Positions 27,339 to 27,981 of a stretch of 27,981 bases of DNA are shown here, one piece after another. How positions within the stretch are numbered: position 1 is the first letter of the stretch; each line of letters begins with the position of its first letter. A model generated the notes under the pieces. That model did not search any database, was not told the DNA's origin, and was given only the letters and a program-made list of their open reading frames with translations. The stretch lies in the sequence record DRR378314_197. One strand, given 5' to 3'. A program made the position numbers and the translations under genes.

Positions 27339-27824
27339 CTAATGAGTAATGCCTAGTTTCTGCAGAACATCATATAGGCCAGCGGGCCCTTTGTGTTTGT
27401 ACTCGTCTTTTTCTTCCGCTTGTGGTTGTTTCTTCTTTTCCAGCCGCTGACGAACCCGCCAGTCCAGGTTATGAAGAAGCTCCAGGGGCAAGCGGTCAGG
27501 CGTTGCATCGGGAATAAGCGGCTGAGGATGAGTTGCGTCCTGTAGTTTAAAGTCTGACAACTGACTCATTGTTGCATAGACACCACTAGCCAGCACCATA
27601 CCTGGCTTTGCATCTAAAGGACGCGCTCTGCCTGCACCAATGGTTCTTTGCCAGTTAACTTGCGCAGGGCGCTCAGAAATAACCGGGTCGTCACCCAACG
27701 CAGACACCCAATAAGCAAACTCGCCCGCGAAGCCGTGATTAACTGCTTCGCTCGCGTGTTGCTCAAAGAAATGAGCGGCCTGGTTTTCGACAGCAGCATT
27801 CTGTACAGCTGAAACTTGACTCAT
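27339..27824 (-). CDS. Hypothetical protein (possibly VC2046/SO_2500-like)
   Basis: 161-aa ORF filling the xerD-tRNA gap. Family assignment is a weak recollection from the AVNHG..GEFAYWVSALGDD segment. Confidence 0.65.
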   Translation of the reverse strand: MSQVSAVQNAAVENQAAHFFEQHASEAVNHGFAGEFAYWVSALGDDPVISERPAQVNWQRTIGAGRARPLDAKPGMVLASGVYATMSQLSDFKLQDATHPQPLIPDATPDRLPLELLHNLDWRVRQRLEKKKQPQAEEKDEYKHKGPAGLYDVLQKLGITH

Positions 27825-27892
27825 TAAGACTCTGGATAATCGGTTACAGATACTTCTGTATCGGCCAAAGTCCTAAAAGTTTAAGTTTTCTC

Positions 27893-27927
27893 TTTACAGC
27901 TAAGCTAAGACTGTTATTATACGCGCC
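27893..27927 (+). promoter_or_regulatory. Stable-RNA (tyrT-type) sigma-70 promoter with GC-rich discriminator
   Basis: TTTACA (27893-98), 16-bp spacer, TATTAT (27915-20), then ACGCGCC, just upstream of the tRNA. Confidence 0.75.
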
Positions 27928-27935
27928 TCTTGAGT

Positions 27936-27981
27936 GGAGGGGTTCCCGAGTGGCCAAAGGGATCAGACTGTAAATCTGACG
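27936..27981 (+). tRNA. tRNA-Tyr(GTA), 5' part (truncated by the window end)
   Basis: GGAGGGGTTCCCGAGTGGCCAAAGGGA, then anticodon arm TCAGA-CTGTAAA-TCTGA; anticodon GTA at 27970-27972. Confidence 0.93.

Noticed and set aside
4386-27799. Numerous short ORFs antisense or out of frame within core genes (e.g. 4576..4860, 7606..7992, 17677..18192, 20523..20816, 27148..27342)
   Set aside because: Shadow ORFs of conserved housekeeping genes with no motifs or RBS support.

Overview
A gammaproteobacterial chromosomal window. Gene order and content suggest Alteromonadales, Idiomarina-like; this is inference. From about 4.0 kb to the end it is conserved housekeeping DNA: mazG-relA-rlmD-acpS-pdxJ-recO-era-rnc-lepB-lepA-rseC-rseB-rseA-rpoE (all minus strand), then nadB, a ygfX-like gene, sdhE, ygfZ, slyD, lysS, prfB (programmed +1 frameshift), recJ, dsbC, xerD, a hypothetical gene and the 5' half of a tRNA-Tyr(GTA). 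The accessory part is 1-3.9 kb. It holds the start of a minus-strand integron cassette array: an attI-like site with a Pc-like promoter at about 2460-2500, three dissimilar attC sites (61, 55 and 101 bp) and four cassettes. The core and inverse-core sites of the three complete cassettes pair exactly. No intI gene lies next to attI; a short segment bounded by inverted repeats and a frameshifted HAD-hydrolase pseudogene occupy that position. The cassettes encode uncharacterised proteins. One is a >344-aa ORF missing from the ORF track that ends in a probable HEPN RNase motif (candidate defence gene). Another is a translationally coupled two-gene cassette whose second gene appears frameshifted at a T8 tract.
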